A stretch of 64,000 nt of DNA from Octopus sinensis. Its lineage: Eukaryota. The position numbers and the translations under genes are program-made. Positions 51,028-64,000 of the stretch are shown in pieces. Position 1 is the first letter of the stretch. Each line of letters begins with the position of its first letter. The stretch lies in the NCBI RefSeq assembly GCF_006345805.1, contig NC_042999.1, forward strand, positions 57,660,001-57,724,000, given 5' to 3'. Below the pieces are notes generated by a model. That model was given only the letters and a program-made list of their open reading frames with translations, was not told where the DNA came from and did not search any database.

Positions 51028-52529
51028 ATCATAGCATTTAGCACAAGGTTTGGAATGGGCAGAGCAGAAAAAGAATGGTGAGAAGAAATTGGGCTGTAGC
51101 AGGTGGGCTTTGGTGGAAGTGATATACTGTTCACTGTCTAACAATTTTAGAAGAGAAAATTCTTGTAGAGGACACAGGGAGCAGAAACAGTATGACGGAG
51201 TTCTAATACTTGTAGTGTTGTGGCGAATGTGTTTCCACCAATCAGTCAGATAGCAATTTTGGGAATGTAGTTAGTGTGCATAACATCAGCACAGTCTCTC
51301 ATTTGTGAACAGTACTCTTATGTAACGTGGGTCACATTTGGACTTTGTCAACAACCAAAAACTGATCAGAACTGAAGTATTTTCTCATTCTAAAAAAATC
51401 TAATATCAGGAATGCAGTTTTGGCAATGTGAGGTTACATGCAAGATCAATGTGTAAGGCTTAACATATGTAGCAAACTGGGTTGTCTTGAATAAGCCATA
51501 ACTTAACATTACAAGCAAACATTGTTTTGTATAAATTGAAAATCATCATAAATTTAACATCCATTTTGCCATGCTTGCATGGGTTTGATAGAATTTATTG
51601 AGACAGAATCTTTTGGCCAGATACCATTCCTGTTGCCAACCCTCTCCTGTTTCCAAGCAAGGTAATATTTCCCCATGGCTGGGCATGGTCATGCAGAATA
51701 TTAGAAATGAATGACACTGTTTGTATGATAGTGACACTCACAGCTATCATACAATATCAAAACAAGGAGACTCAAACACACACATATATACATATCATCA
51801 TCATCATCGTTAAACATCTGTTTTCCATGCTGGCATGGGTTGGATGGTTTGATATGGAGCTGGCCAGCTGGGGAGCTGTTCAAACTCAAATTGTCTGTTG
51901 TGACATGGTTTCTACAGCTTGATGCCCTTCCTAACACCAACCACTTAACACAGTGTGCTGGGTGGCCTTTATGTACCACCAGCATGGGTGCATTTACGCA
52001 GAATTGGCACGGGTGCCTTTTATGTGCAACTGGCACCTCAAGGACAAGCCTGTGTGCACAGAAGATGGAAGACAGTGATTTTACTTAGCTTGACATGTGT
52101 CTGTGTGTATAAGAATGACAAGTAATAAGAGGCAGTAAAAATGTTGAATTAGCAGAGTCATTAGAGCATCGGATAGAATGCCTTGTGGTATTTGTTCCAA
52201 CTCTCTGCACTCTTAATCAGAGGTTAACTTTGCCTTTAATCTTTTCAGGATCAATTAAAAAGGCAGAAGATCGGTGGAACTGTTAGAGGTTAGGCCAGAT
52301 GCCATGCAGTATTTGCTCTGGCTTTTTGCATTCTGACAGTAATGCCTATGATGACACTGGTGCCAAACTTGATTAGCCCAAGTTAGCAGCCTTTCCTCTG
52401 GATAAACATCAGTATCATGGAGAGGAGAGACCTGCATGCATGGGCCACTGTTAGTCTTCCTTAAAAAAATCTTTTCCAAGCCAGTACAATCACGTATAGA
52501 TGTATGATCAACCTTGACTGGTGGCAGCC

Positions 52530-52565
<36 letters not shown>

Positions 52566-52730
52566 CAGTATGAAGAGTTGGACATCCAGTGATAAAAATT
52601 TAGTAGTTAGCAATGAGACATTCAGTTGTAAAACTTGAGTAGTTAGCAGTGTCAGACAACAAGAAATAAAAATTTAGTAGTTAGCAGTAAGACATCCAGT
52701 ACAAAAATCAATAGTTCCAGCACCATGCTA
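52566..52730. repeat. Degenerate minisatellite (~36-50-bp unit, ~4 copies)
   Basis: Recurrent agtagttagca, gacatccagt and aaaaatttag motifs. Confidence 0.7.
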
Positions 52731-53779
52731 ATAAATACATTTGTAAAAAATAAAAATCTATCCCAAACATGCGAACAGAAAAAAACATGAATTCTAAATA
52801 GAAAGGAGAAAAGTCAGGGGAAAGAATTTGATTGTTGACTCTAACTCAGCTTTTGTTTGGTAGATGGATCATTGATTGTTTCATTAACTTCCATTTCCTC
52901 TTAGCTTAATTGCCATTTTGACAATGCTTAATTAGTCATAGTAGGAGTAATGACCATCCTAAACATACACATCAATGACCATAATGTGACCTCTACCAAT
53001 GCAGACAACCTGTGTAAAGAACAGTTACACACTTAGTCGACAGTTGATATTCTTACAATATTACCTTTCAGCATGTGTGTTTCACACACACATACACACC
53101 TTGTATTATCTATGGTAATAATTCATTATTCAATTTATTGTTGTTGATGTTATTTAACCCCTAATCAGCTCTGATCTATGACTAGGTATCCTAGCCATCA
53201 TGGATTTTTTGTAGATGATACAACAATTTCAAGGGTTTCTTTCATTGAGTCATTAGTTAATACTTTTGAGCAGATAATACACTATAATAAAAAAGGATCT
53301 TCTACACTGGATACAAAACCATATTTGATGTAATCTTTGTGATATTGTCTACAGAATCTTTTTCCCAAGTTGGTGCATGGAGAATTAAGGGAACGTTTTT
53401 CCATATCACTGACAGCAAAATTTCTACAGATTACAATTAGACTAACACTTGCTCAAATATGTACATACTTGGAGAGATAATACAATATGTTGGGTAAGCT
53501 TTAAGAACTGCGGTTTCGTTAGTATTCCTCAATTTAAAAGTCAGGTAGAAAACATGATTGCCTTGACTGGCTGAGAACACACAATTTTTTGTGTGTTTTT
53601 AATGCACACAAACATGGATCTGATTGTACGCATCTATACCTGTCTAGTACACATCCATGTATAATTGGATAGCTAATCATCCAATAGGCAATGAGTGCAC
53701 TCAGATGTGCTCACGCATATGCAATGAGGCATATTCTGTTTGCGCAACATGTGCGTGTACGGAAAAATTAAAATTCTTC

Positions 53780-53867
53780 AGGTGGACCACAGAAAATTTT
53801 CCACAAACCATCTGAATTTTCCTGTGGACCACCTAGTGATCCACATGGACCAGGTTGGGAACCCCTG
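53780..53867. mobile_element. hAT (Charlie-like) element terminus
   Basis: Ends ggaccaggttgggaacccctg, the reverse complement of CAGGGGTTCCCAAC; the partner end was not found. Confidence 0.55.
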
Positions 53868-56800
53868 ATGTATACCTTATGGTATTTAGTTATTATTTTT
53901 TAACTTTAAGCATAATGGGACATGACCCTTATTACAGTTACCTCTTGCTCCTCTGAGCTGGCTGGTCACATCTCCATTCAGGCATCCTGATTCACTCATC
54001 TCTCTCTTGTCACTCATACTGTGTCTACCCCCACCCAACAACTTACACCCTAAGCATTGGCCCTTAAGTACAATATTTTCTCCTAAGAATGTCAACCCTC
54101 TGGAATCTCCCCTTGCAAATGTTTTTCATGAAAATATCAACTTGCCAAGGGAAATATTAATGGCCTTGAACTCACCAAACATGGATGGCCTGCAAAGATC
54201 AACCCCCTCCCTCCAGGCCTAACAACTAAAATGAAAAAAAAATCAAACACTGAGGTCAGATGAAGCAACTTTACTCTTCTCTAAAATTTGTGGTCTTCTG
54301 CCTATGTTGAGAATTCCTTAGAATTTCCTACTAAGGGTGATGGAATTGCAGAATTGGTAGGATACTCGACAAAATATCTTGCAATATCTAGTCATATTTT
54401 AAGGCTGCTAGCTGGCAGAATCATTAGCATGCTGGGCAAAATACTTTACAGAATTTCATCTGCCTTTATGTTCTGAATTCAAATTCTGCTGAGGTCAGCT
54501 TTACCTTTCATCCTTTTGGGGTTGATAAAATAAATACCAGTTGAGCACTGGGGTTGACATATTGACTAGCCCCAACTCCCCTGAAATTGCTGGCCTTGTG
54601 CCAAAATTTGAAACCAATATCTAATCGTGTCTTGTAAAGTGAAGACTGACTTATATACCAGAATATGAAGAATAACATTTCAAGTGAGTGGTGTTAACCA
54701 TCTCATCCTACAGTTCAGTTATATTATTTGATTTTATGATAAATGTTTATTTTTAGACTGGTAATTTCTCACCAGAAGCAGTGAAAACACAACTGAAAAT
54801 ATAACACTAGCCATCATTGTTTAGCCTGAGATCAATCCTGAGCAAGTGTGCCTATAATCAAAACCATTCTAGCTATGACCAATTTATCACATAGATTATC
54901 ATATAGTCTAAGACTATATTATTCAATATACCCCTTTTTTTTATTAAGACAACAAGGTGTATTTTGAGGGATATTTAAGCAACCACATAGAGGGTCACTC
55001 CTTCACAGGCTTGCGGTCCAAGTGTGCATGTGACATATGGCAACATTACATAATACAAAGTTGAATTTACTCACATCTTTATAAACTGACAAAAGATTTG
55101 AAGACAAAACAGAAGAAACTGCAATACATCTCTTTGCACTTCATGCTCTCCCACATTGCACAAAGCATGCACCACCATATCCTGCACAACACACTGTATA
55201 TACACCTATATACCACAATACAATGCTACACCACACCATCATACATCAGGATATGCCAGTCACATTGATTTATCCTTTCATTTTAGTCTAAACACATCAC
55301 ACACCTCCTCCTCCTTATCCCCACTGCCTATATTTGATATTCGACATTGGTCAGCATTAAATATGTCCTAATTTATATTCCTGCTGAGCCAAATAAGAGC
55401 ACATGATCAACTATGTATCTGACATCATTGTTGACTATAGGAAACACACTGTATACACTAAGTGGAACTTGTGTAAATTACAGAACCTATCCATCATTTT
55501 CTTAAAAAACATATACTGACATATATATATTTTGCACATAGGTACAAGCTGTAAATAACTTTTCATAATCTGTCTCTTCTGCATGCTGAAAGATTGCTTT
55601 GAAATGAATTTAAATGGTTTTTCCAAGTTTATCAAGCCAATTTACGAATTCACTGATTGTCTTAAATTCAAACACCATTGATGGTAACTGATTCTGGCTT
55701 ACAATTCTTATCAAGGTTTGCTGTCTTAGCTAGCTTCTTGCATCACTTTGTAAATAATTTCAACAAATCATCTCTGAATTGCAAAATAATGCTTGGTTTG
55801 AGTTTTTAAACAGAACTTTATTCCATCTGACATACAAAGACAGTATGAAATATAAAATAAAATTTTTTTAAATCTGAAAGTATTATAGGACTGACCCTAC
55901 ACTTCCTATTTACCATCATATATTCTTGTTTTAAACCTTTTTACATTGGCCTTACAAGTTAATACCAAAAAAAATGTAAATGTTCAATGCTGTTTTACTC
56001 ATCTCTCTAAAAGAATAAACCAGCCTTATAATTCAAATCAAATTTTCAAAAATACTCATGTATTTAATATTACCTTATCCAATGTATACTTCCATTTTGA
56101 AGACAGTTGTGAGTGTTTTGAGGAAGATTTGACTGCTATTTATAGCTGGTCAAGCAATCAAAGAGGTTCCCTCATTGATTCTGCTAGTAGTAGTTTAGAT
56201 GTATGACATTAACATTCCTCTCAGTCTACTGGTAACTCATTTGTGAGATTTAAACTTGTTACGAACAAATCAAATTAGGAAGAGCTAAGACTACAGTCGA
56301 GAAGTATGAAGAAGCAAATATTGATTATAAAAAGATTAAGGAGCTAAAGGCATCCTGCGACAGTAATGAAACTAAGAGAAAACTGGAAGCAGAAGAACAA
56401 CTCAGAAAATGTAAGAACAGTGTTGAAATAATTGATCATATATATAGAAGTCCTTCTTACAAGTGATCTCATACACACACACACACCTACATACATACAG
56501 TGTTTATAAAAGACAACATGCAGATCTATCATAGGAAATGATGACCAACAATCATATATAGATGACAAAAATAGAATATTATTTTCATCAATGATTTAAC
56601 CAGTGGATATGACTAAGAAAAAACACAGACTATAACTATAGATAACAATATAATCAGAATAAAGTAAGCCTATACATCAGAAAAGATAACATATCTCAAA
56701 TATTTAGGGAAATACCATTAATATATACACCAGCTATTTCTCTGTCTCAGTATCAATTGAAGTTGACTTGATAATCTGAACAGTAATACATTTCCAATAT

Positions 56801-58579
56801 ACTGAACAAGGAGCATATTTTCCTGTTGTGAAAAACCAATTATTAATATATTTTGTATGTTAACATTCAACTCTGCTTCTATAAACAGGTTTTAGCTAAA
56901 TCTCTCTTGTAACATCTTTATTGATTCCCCAATGAAAAACCTGAGTTCTCCAAATCAATGAATTAAATATATTTTGAGCCAAAAAAGGAAACCTCTGTAT
57001 GGTAACTCAATCTGCTAGAAATATAGCTACCATATCTTCCTCAAATCACACCCTATTATCTTAAAAACAGAATACAATAAGCATGATTATAGATATGTGA
57101 TAAATAGGATTGTCATAACTAGACTAGAACACCTTTGATAATAGACCTGTTTTATTATGGTTGACTGGAGTTAAACAACAATAACCATATTAAATGTATC
57201 ATGAAATAAGTGTTAGATGAACTAATATGTAAAGTACATTAGCTATTGCATGCAAAACTGACATTTAACAAATTCGTAGAGCAGGCATAGTCAATTATAA
57301 TGACCTCAGTATTTGACTGGTACTTATCATTGTTGGAAGGATGAAAAGCATAGATGACACTGCAAGGAATTTAAACTCAAAATGGAGACATAATGAAGTG
57401 CAAAAAAGCATATTATTTGATGTTTTACCATTTCTGTCAATCCACCTGGTACTTTAAAACTAATTGAATTATATTTTACTAACAAACTAAAAGGGCTAAC
57501 CAGCAAAATCTGATTATGTTAAAAACATATTAGGATAAGTTGGTAAAGTTGTAAAATTGGTAAAATTGATTTCTTTAAGAACACATTTTTCTATGGTACA
57601 CACCATATTTACTGGTATACATGTCAATGTAGTATTCAGTGCAAACATGTAGTATTAACATTCAAACATCATTATCTTCCCAAATTATGCTGCAGTTCAC
57701 ATGAAACTTTTGGTCATCTTGGTGTATAAATCAACTTATCTTTTTTTAGCTGTAGGTTTTGGTTTGAAAAATTTGATGTGCATGCCAAAAAAATATGGTG
57801 TGTATGAGCTGATTATCCAATATTTAGATAAACAAATTAGATAGATTTAGATAAGTAATATAAAATGGTATTAGACATTGTAAATTTCAACCTGACACAG
57901 AAAAGTACAACAGACTCACTGATACCATTAGGTCAGTTGCACATCATCATCATCGTTTAACGTCCACTTTCCATGCTAGCATGGGTTGGATGGTTCAACC
58001 GGGATCTGGGAAGCCAGGAGGCTGCACCAGGCCCAGTTTGATGTGGCACATTTGTTGAAAATGTTAATTGATTCATTCATAATTTAAAATGTATTTTCTA
58101 AAATATTATTTATCAAGAATAACTTTCAAAAGTCATATGAGCATGAATAGATACAAACTTATTTCCGTCAGGCAGCCTTCTCTTTGAAATTAATAAAAAA
58201 AATATATATTTATAATTTGGTAAAGTTTTAAGGTACAGCATCCTAACATGGCTACTAGCAATTGGTTGAAACCAGTGAAACTATTTTTGAATAATTCAAA
58301 GTAATAAATTTTCCATCAAGTATCCTGGCAAACTGCCATTATAATTTTTTATATTCATACCAAAAGGTTATGCTAAAGGGTTGTATGATGTAGTAAATTT
58401 TGGATGCTTGTTTATTAGGTTATTATTCCTAAGAAAATGAAAAGTTTGAATGTAGATGGAGATCATCATCATCATCATCATCGTCATTATCCTTCTTAAA
58501 TTATAAAACCATTTATGGCTCTAAATACATACATCCTATGGTCTGATGGTATTACTCATAGCTCAGTGATATGTTTTCA

Positions 58580-58790
58580 TACTAGTAACATGTAAAAGGC
58601 ACCCATACCAGTGACACATGAAAGGCACCCATGCTGGTGACATGTAAAAGGTACCTGTGCCAGTGACACATAAAAGGTACCTGTGCCAGTGGCACATAAA
58701 AGGCACCTGTGCCAGTGACATGTAAAAGGCACCTGTACCAGTGACATGTAAATGGCATCCATGCTGGTAACATGTAAAAGGCACCTGCTA
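58580..58790 (+). repeat. ~27-bp minisatellite (about 7 copies) inside a family C element
   Basis: Repeated acatgtaaaaggcacctgtgccagtg. It produces ORFs 58563-58887. Confidence 0.85.
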
Positions 58791-59074
58791 CACTCTGTGG
58801 AGTGATTGGTATTAGGAAGGGCATCCAACCGTAGAAATCAAGCCAAAACAGACTGGAGCAGCATTCTGACTTAGCAATTATAGTCAAACCATCATACCCA
58901 TGCTAGCATGGAAAACACATGCTCAATGATGATCATAACGATGTCTATAAGGAAAATTTTTCGCCTGAGTCAGTTACTGCAGCAAAGGTCTTTCACATCT
59001 GAGTGCATACAAACAAGTTAGATATAATTATATACATATATATAATAATAATAAAAGTCTTGTTTTAGATCTAA

Positions 59075-59580
59075 ATATCAGTATCACATATCAGCTTGGC
59101 TTAGCTTCATGCTCTTGCTTGATGGGGCTGGGGTCATTCCAAGTTAGTGATCCCAGAGGCATCACCATGCATAGAGCTGACCAGGTCCGCCAGTACTCTT
59201 CATCACTGGCAGGTTCATACCAACCCCTCTGCATCCTCTAAAGAAACATCAAACCTCTGGAGATCTTCCCCAGTCACATCCAGCCATCTGGTGCAGGGCT
59301 GACCAAAAGGGCTCTTCCAGTCCACAGCTGCTGCATCAAATGAGAATAAAGCCCTGGTAGGATGATCTAGTGGGAGACAGAGGACATGTCCATACCAGCA
59401 CATGCACTACAGCGCCATCTGGAAAATGAAGCTCTGCATCTACAACACATTGGTCCTCTCCATTCTCCTTTATGGAACAGAAACATGGCCCCTCTCAAAG
59501 ATCCTGACAAAGAGGATTGATAGCTCTAATAGCAGAGCCCTGAAAGACATAACATCAGATGGTACCATCACGCTTCCAAC
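59075..59580. mobile_element. RTE LINE 3' end with an inverted 5' segment
   Basis: 59401-59580(+) encodes LCIYNTLVLSILLYGTETWPL. 59400-59100(-) encodes the downstream part CWYGHVL...DWKSPFGQPCTRWLD, followed by a (TGATAY)3 tail. Confidence 0.75.
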
Positions 59581-62284
59581 AAAGTATCAAATGTTCACAT
59601 TTTATATTGCTATATCACTATCTTTACTGTTCTCTTAAAAAAAAAAGCCTTGATTCCCTGTATCAAATAAACATATATTAGTAATTTTCTTATGAAGTTG
59701 ATATAAAAAAAACTCACCTAAGCATGTGTTATTTTACTTCCCTGTTCTTCATCTACAATTTCCTTTAAATTAGACTATACACTTCTTCACCTACTATGTT
59801 CATTCTTCTCCACCCTTATGTATACACTTCTCCATTCACAATATACACACTTTTCCAACTACAGAGTGTACACTTCTCTATTCATTAATTAATTCAACTT
59901 CTTTCAAATAGGAGTACCTTAGATTCATTTATACTTTGTTTTAGCAAACAAGATGGAGCACTGCCTGTTGCAATCTTAAGATTGAATATGATTAAAAGCT
60001 ACACAGTTTGTAAATTTTAATTGTTTTCAGTAACAATATTCTAAATAATGTTGATAATTTCATACACACACACACAAATTCCCATCTAGATTGCTTTAAC
60101 ACAAAGTTTAGAACATGCATACACACACACGCACACACATTGGGCTTCTGCTTAGTTTATGTTTACCAAATTCTTCTAGTCACAAGGCATTGGTTAATAC
60201 AAGACTAAAGTAGAAGACACTTGTTCAAAGCACCATAGAGAGCAGTTGAACCTGTAACCATGTGCTTGCAAAATAAGCTTCTAAACCACCCAGTCAAGCC
60301 TGCGCACGTGTGTGTGTGTCTTCATGTGTTTTTGTGAATGTATATTGGTAAGGAAGGAAAGAAAAAAGATACCCCCCCACAAAAAAAAAAAAGCAGTGTT
60401 CTTCAAACGAAGACACGTGTAATGCTTGTTCTGCATAAAATTCAACATTACTTTGATGTTCTCACCATCAGAAATTCAGTAAACCAATTGTGATGTAAAA
60501 TAAAAGTAGACACACACATATACATACACACACACACACACGTGCATACATGCACACATTCTGTTTGTCTGTTCACCATTTCCAAGAAAGAATCACCTGT
60601 TATTACGAAGCCATTACTCTGTGCAATAATGCATCACTGTTTCAGTGGTGTTCAGTAATAATTCACCAATAATTACTTCAATCAAAAGTGATTTTACAAA
60701 GAAAAGTTATTATACTTCCTCACACCTTACATCATATAAACAATGTATTTAGAAAGATTCATGTGAACCAAGTTTTGCTACTGTATAAAGATAAATAATA
60801 CATTTGTATCATGAGAAAATACAAGCTAATATGAGAAACTAAAAAAAAAAGAAAGAAAAAACACAGTACGAAAGAAAAGAATAGTGAACATTTGTTTAGA
60901 AGGTTAGATGGCTGTTCAAAAATTAGAATGAATATTAGCATGAATTAATGGATCCGGTGACATATAGCTGTATTTCATTCTTGGTGACAGCCACTTAAGT
61001 AAAGAAGCAAGTAATACCTGCTTTTAGTTAAGTAGTAACATGAATCAAATAGTCATGTTCCTTGCCTAAGGTTCCAATATAGTAACTATTATAGAAATCA
61101 AATCAGTATATAAAACTTCCAAAATGATGCTGACACCATACTTCCATTATAGGTCTGAATAAAGTTACAAAATATATAACTATTGAATAGAATTTCATTC
61201 TAAAAGCCTGTAATAATGCATAAAAGAACCAGAAATATACATCAGACTTTGATATCACTTCTTTTCAAAATGAATGTAATCTTTCCTGAAAATGTTTCTT
61301 AAATCAATGAAGAATAAAAAGCATGACTTGTCTTTAATGGTTACATAAAACCTAAGAAAAGAATCAAACTGTTTTTTTTTTTTTACCTTAAGTATAAAAC
61401 CAAGAATAAAATATTAGAAGAAACAGGATAAATAAATAACTAGGTTAGCAGGAATTTCAAAAACATTACAACATATGAGGGAATATATTAAAAAAGAAAT
61501 TCTTGTGATGTCTAGCTAAATGAACTACACAGTTATACAGAAGAAAAAACTGCTGTGTTGACAATGTGTCATAGAAAAACTAACATTGAAACATTGAAAA
61601 AGGAAAGACGAAACTTTGTTGAGAAAAGGTTGTCAAGTGAGAAGTGATTAAAGCAATGAAAAGATTGAACACTGACACAATTAGGTAGCTAACATAATGT
61701 AAGAGATGTAAGGTCATAAAGAAGCTTTAAAATAAACAATGGAGTTGCAACAATTAAAGATTGATGTCAATGATAAAAAGATTACAGGGTAGGAATGCCT
61801 GTCATTCATTAAAAATAAGAAGCGGGGGTGGGTGGGTGAATAGCATGAAACAAGTATTTCAGTAGGACAACTTTCCACAAAGCTAGAACTAATTAATTGA
61901 ACCTTTTGTTAAGAACAATTAAGGATATTTTATTAGGTTTAGTAATATAACAATAACAAACATCTGTTTAATTAAATAGAAATGTATCCAAATATTTCAT
62001 ATATATATATATATAAAATATAATTAAGATTTTGTTGAATTAGGCACTTAAATTGAGGCACCTTGTTGGGTCGGTATAAGCCGCACACCCAAACAGTATT
62101 AAGTGAATACTGAATATCAAAACTCTGTGCATGAGTGTTTGCACCTGATATCCCTGCTGTGTGTGCAGACAACACAACCCAGCTGAGTGAAGAGATCTGA
62201 TCTTGGTAGTCCAGACATGTACTTCATATAAAGATACTTTCTATAGTACCTATAGTAAATATATATATATATATATATTCTTAT

Positions 62285-62416
62285 TTCTGAGTCCCTTTCT
62301 GTAGAAGAGTGTAGGCTCAAAACGTAAAAGACATTTTCTATTCCTGAGCGTTATACTAATACATCTATTTGTTTCGTACACCACCTGTCTTCGTCTTCTG
62401 TTTTTTCGTAAACTCT

Positions 62417-62420
<4 letters not shown>
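62285..62420 (-). mobile_element. Penelope-terminus-like repeat abutting (TA)n
   Basis: Reverse complement of 13276-13400. Confidence 0.55.
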
Positions 62421-62511
<91 letters not shown>

Positions 62512-62560
62512 TAAATAATATATATATATGTATATATATGTACATACATCTATATGTATA

Positions 62561-62596
<36 letters not shown>

Positions 62597-62602
62597 TACA
62601 TC

Positions 62603-62635
<33 letters not shown>

Positions 62636-62636
62636 G
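62420..62636. repeat. Compound (TA)n-(TAA)n-(TA)n microsatellite
   Basis: Directly visible. Confidence 0.97.
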
Positions 62637-63324
62637 CATATGTGGGTACAGGACCACAAAAATATACGAAGCATGAGTACATGAAACATAAACTATTCTT
62701 TCGAACAACGACACAAATGGAAAATAAAAACAACATAAAGAATGACCCCTCATCAGTTGTTGGCTGTTTTTTTAGTCTCATATTTCAAGCATCTAACAAT
62801 ATACACTTTCATATATATATATATGCAAGTCACAATATATGGATTGAGCTAATCTGATGGTGCTCATGAAAAAAGCTCCTTAATGTATCATTCTACAAAA
62901 CACATAGAATATATAGTATGATACAAAATAAAGCATAAGGAGTGTATAAAATTATAAATCGACATCAGATGTAGAGGATTCGTTGAACACAGTGTGAGGT
63001 GACTGTTGTTGTAGGGCCTAATTCATTGTAAAGCAAATAGCACCATGTGTGATATCCAAACTACAGTGGAAAAGACAAGCCCCTGGTTTTGGTTAAAAAG
63101 AGATGATGAGTAATGGCTAAAAGAATATTAAGCTATATCTAATAACCAGTTGATCTACCAAGCAGGGTCTCATTTCAGTGAGGGGTGCCGGTGTGCAATG
63201 ATGCCATGGAGAGGTAGGCCCTGAAATGGTGCACATTTTCTCCTGATGACCCCATACATTAGCTGGCTTCTGGCATGTGGAGCTTTCGACTGGTAGCACT
63301 TGCATGGGCAAGTTGATTGCAAAA

Positions 63325-63369
<45 letters not shown>

Positions 63370-63697
63370 CATTTGTAGAAAACATAAATCCAGAGAAGAA
63401 GCACACTCTAAGATGCAGAGCAGTGTATATTTAATATATATATTATATATATATATATATATATAACAATAATAATATTAGAGAGTATAACTCCAAACTT
63501 ACAGGGAAAGTGTTTTTACTTATTATATTATATTTATCATTCATTTTATACTTTTTGGAAAAATTAAAATATATATATAAATATATAAAAATTTATATAT
63601 TATATATTATATTAATTATATATATTACTTGTTATTTATGTATTGGTTTATGTCTATCACTGTTTGAGTTGCATAATAGTGGTTTTATCTCTAATTC

Positions 63698-63733
<36 letters not shown>

Positions 63734-63968
63734 AATTTGAAAAGTGTCCTGGGAACTCTGAAAGTTCATCTCATGGTTGATCATAATAATTACTGTGATC
63801 AATTGCAATATGGAATTTTCAAGCTCCAAAGTTTGTAATGATTCTTTTCAGCTTAATTAATAAATATTCTCTACTCTGCTATAAGCTGAAATTGAATTCT
63901 TTAATTGAATTCTCCTGAACAAACATATCCTTATATATATGCAAGTTATAGCTGTAAACTAGACTTAC

Positions 63969-64000
63969 CATGAGCGAAATCATCTTTGAAGGTGACATTG
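63969..64000 (-). CDS. MSRB: MsrB penultimate coding exon, 3' end (truncated by the window edge)
   Basis: Minus strand c aat gtc acc ttc aaa gat gat ttc gct cat g|gtaagt = NVTFKDDFAHG, comparable to vertebrate MSRB3 ITFTDDFSYG. Perfect donor, and phase matches the 29054 acceptor. Confidence 0.9.

Larger units (their letters stand above)
29055..63968 (-). other. MSRB: MsrB last coding intron, 34,914 nt, phase 1, GT-AG
   Basis: Donor ATG|GTAAGT at 63968 and acceptor TTGCAG| at 29055. The join G+GT restores Gly in DDFAHG-MQRLEV, matching the MsrB D.S.GM.R.EV motif. Confidence 0.9.

Overview
Eukaryotic, AT-rich, repeat-dense animal DNA. It is most likely Octopus or another coleoid cephalopod, inferred from the SINE/MITE families and microsatellite load and not confirmed by a search. 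No prokaryotic features, CRISPR arrays, rRNA or intact tRNA genes were seen. The one well-supported host gene is a Cys-type methionine-R-sulfoxide reductase (MsrB, MSRB3-like) on the minus strand. The end of its penultimate coding exon (63969-64000) splices in phase 1 across a 34,914-nt intron to the terminal coding exon (28906-29054). The rest is mostly transposon debris: a 2.77-kb Chapaev3-like element with a TAA target-site duplication (TSD), two Helitrons with canonical ends, mariner/Tc1 fragments, CR1-like and RTE LINE fragments, at least four SINE-like families, several MITEs, a ~0.9-kb foldback element with an internal minisatellite, a decayed tRNA-Asp and long (TA)n tracts. The clearest large-scale signal is a change at about 17 kb from CpG-retaining to CpG-depleted sequence, consistent with fossil gene-body methylation. 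The depleted domain runs ~11 kb past the MsrB stop, where no gene could be assigned. Most ORFs in the supplied track are microsatellite or repeat artefacts. All analysis was by eye, and repeat coordinates are approximate unless exact termini are quoted. I found no convincing wholly new biological system; the findings are testable oddities.
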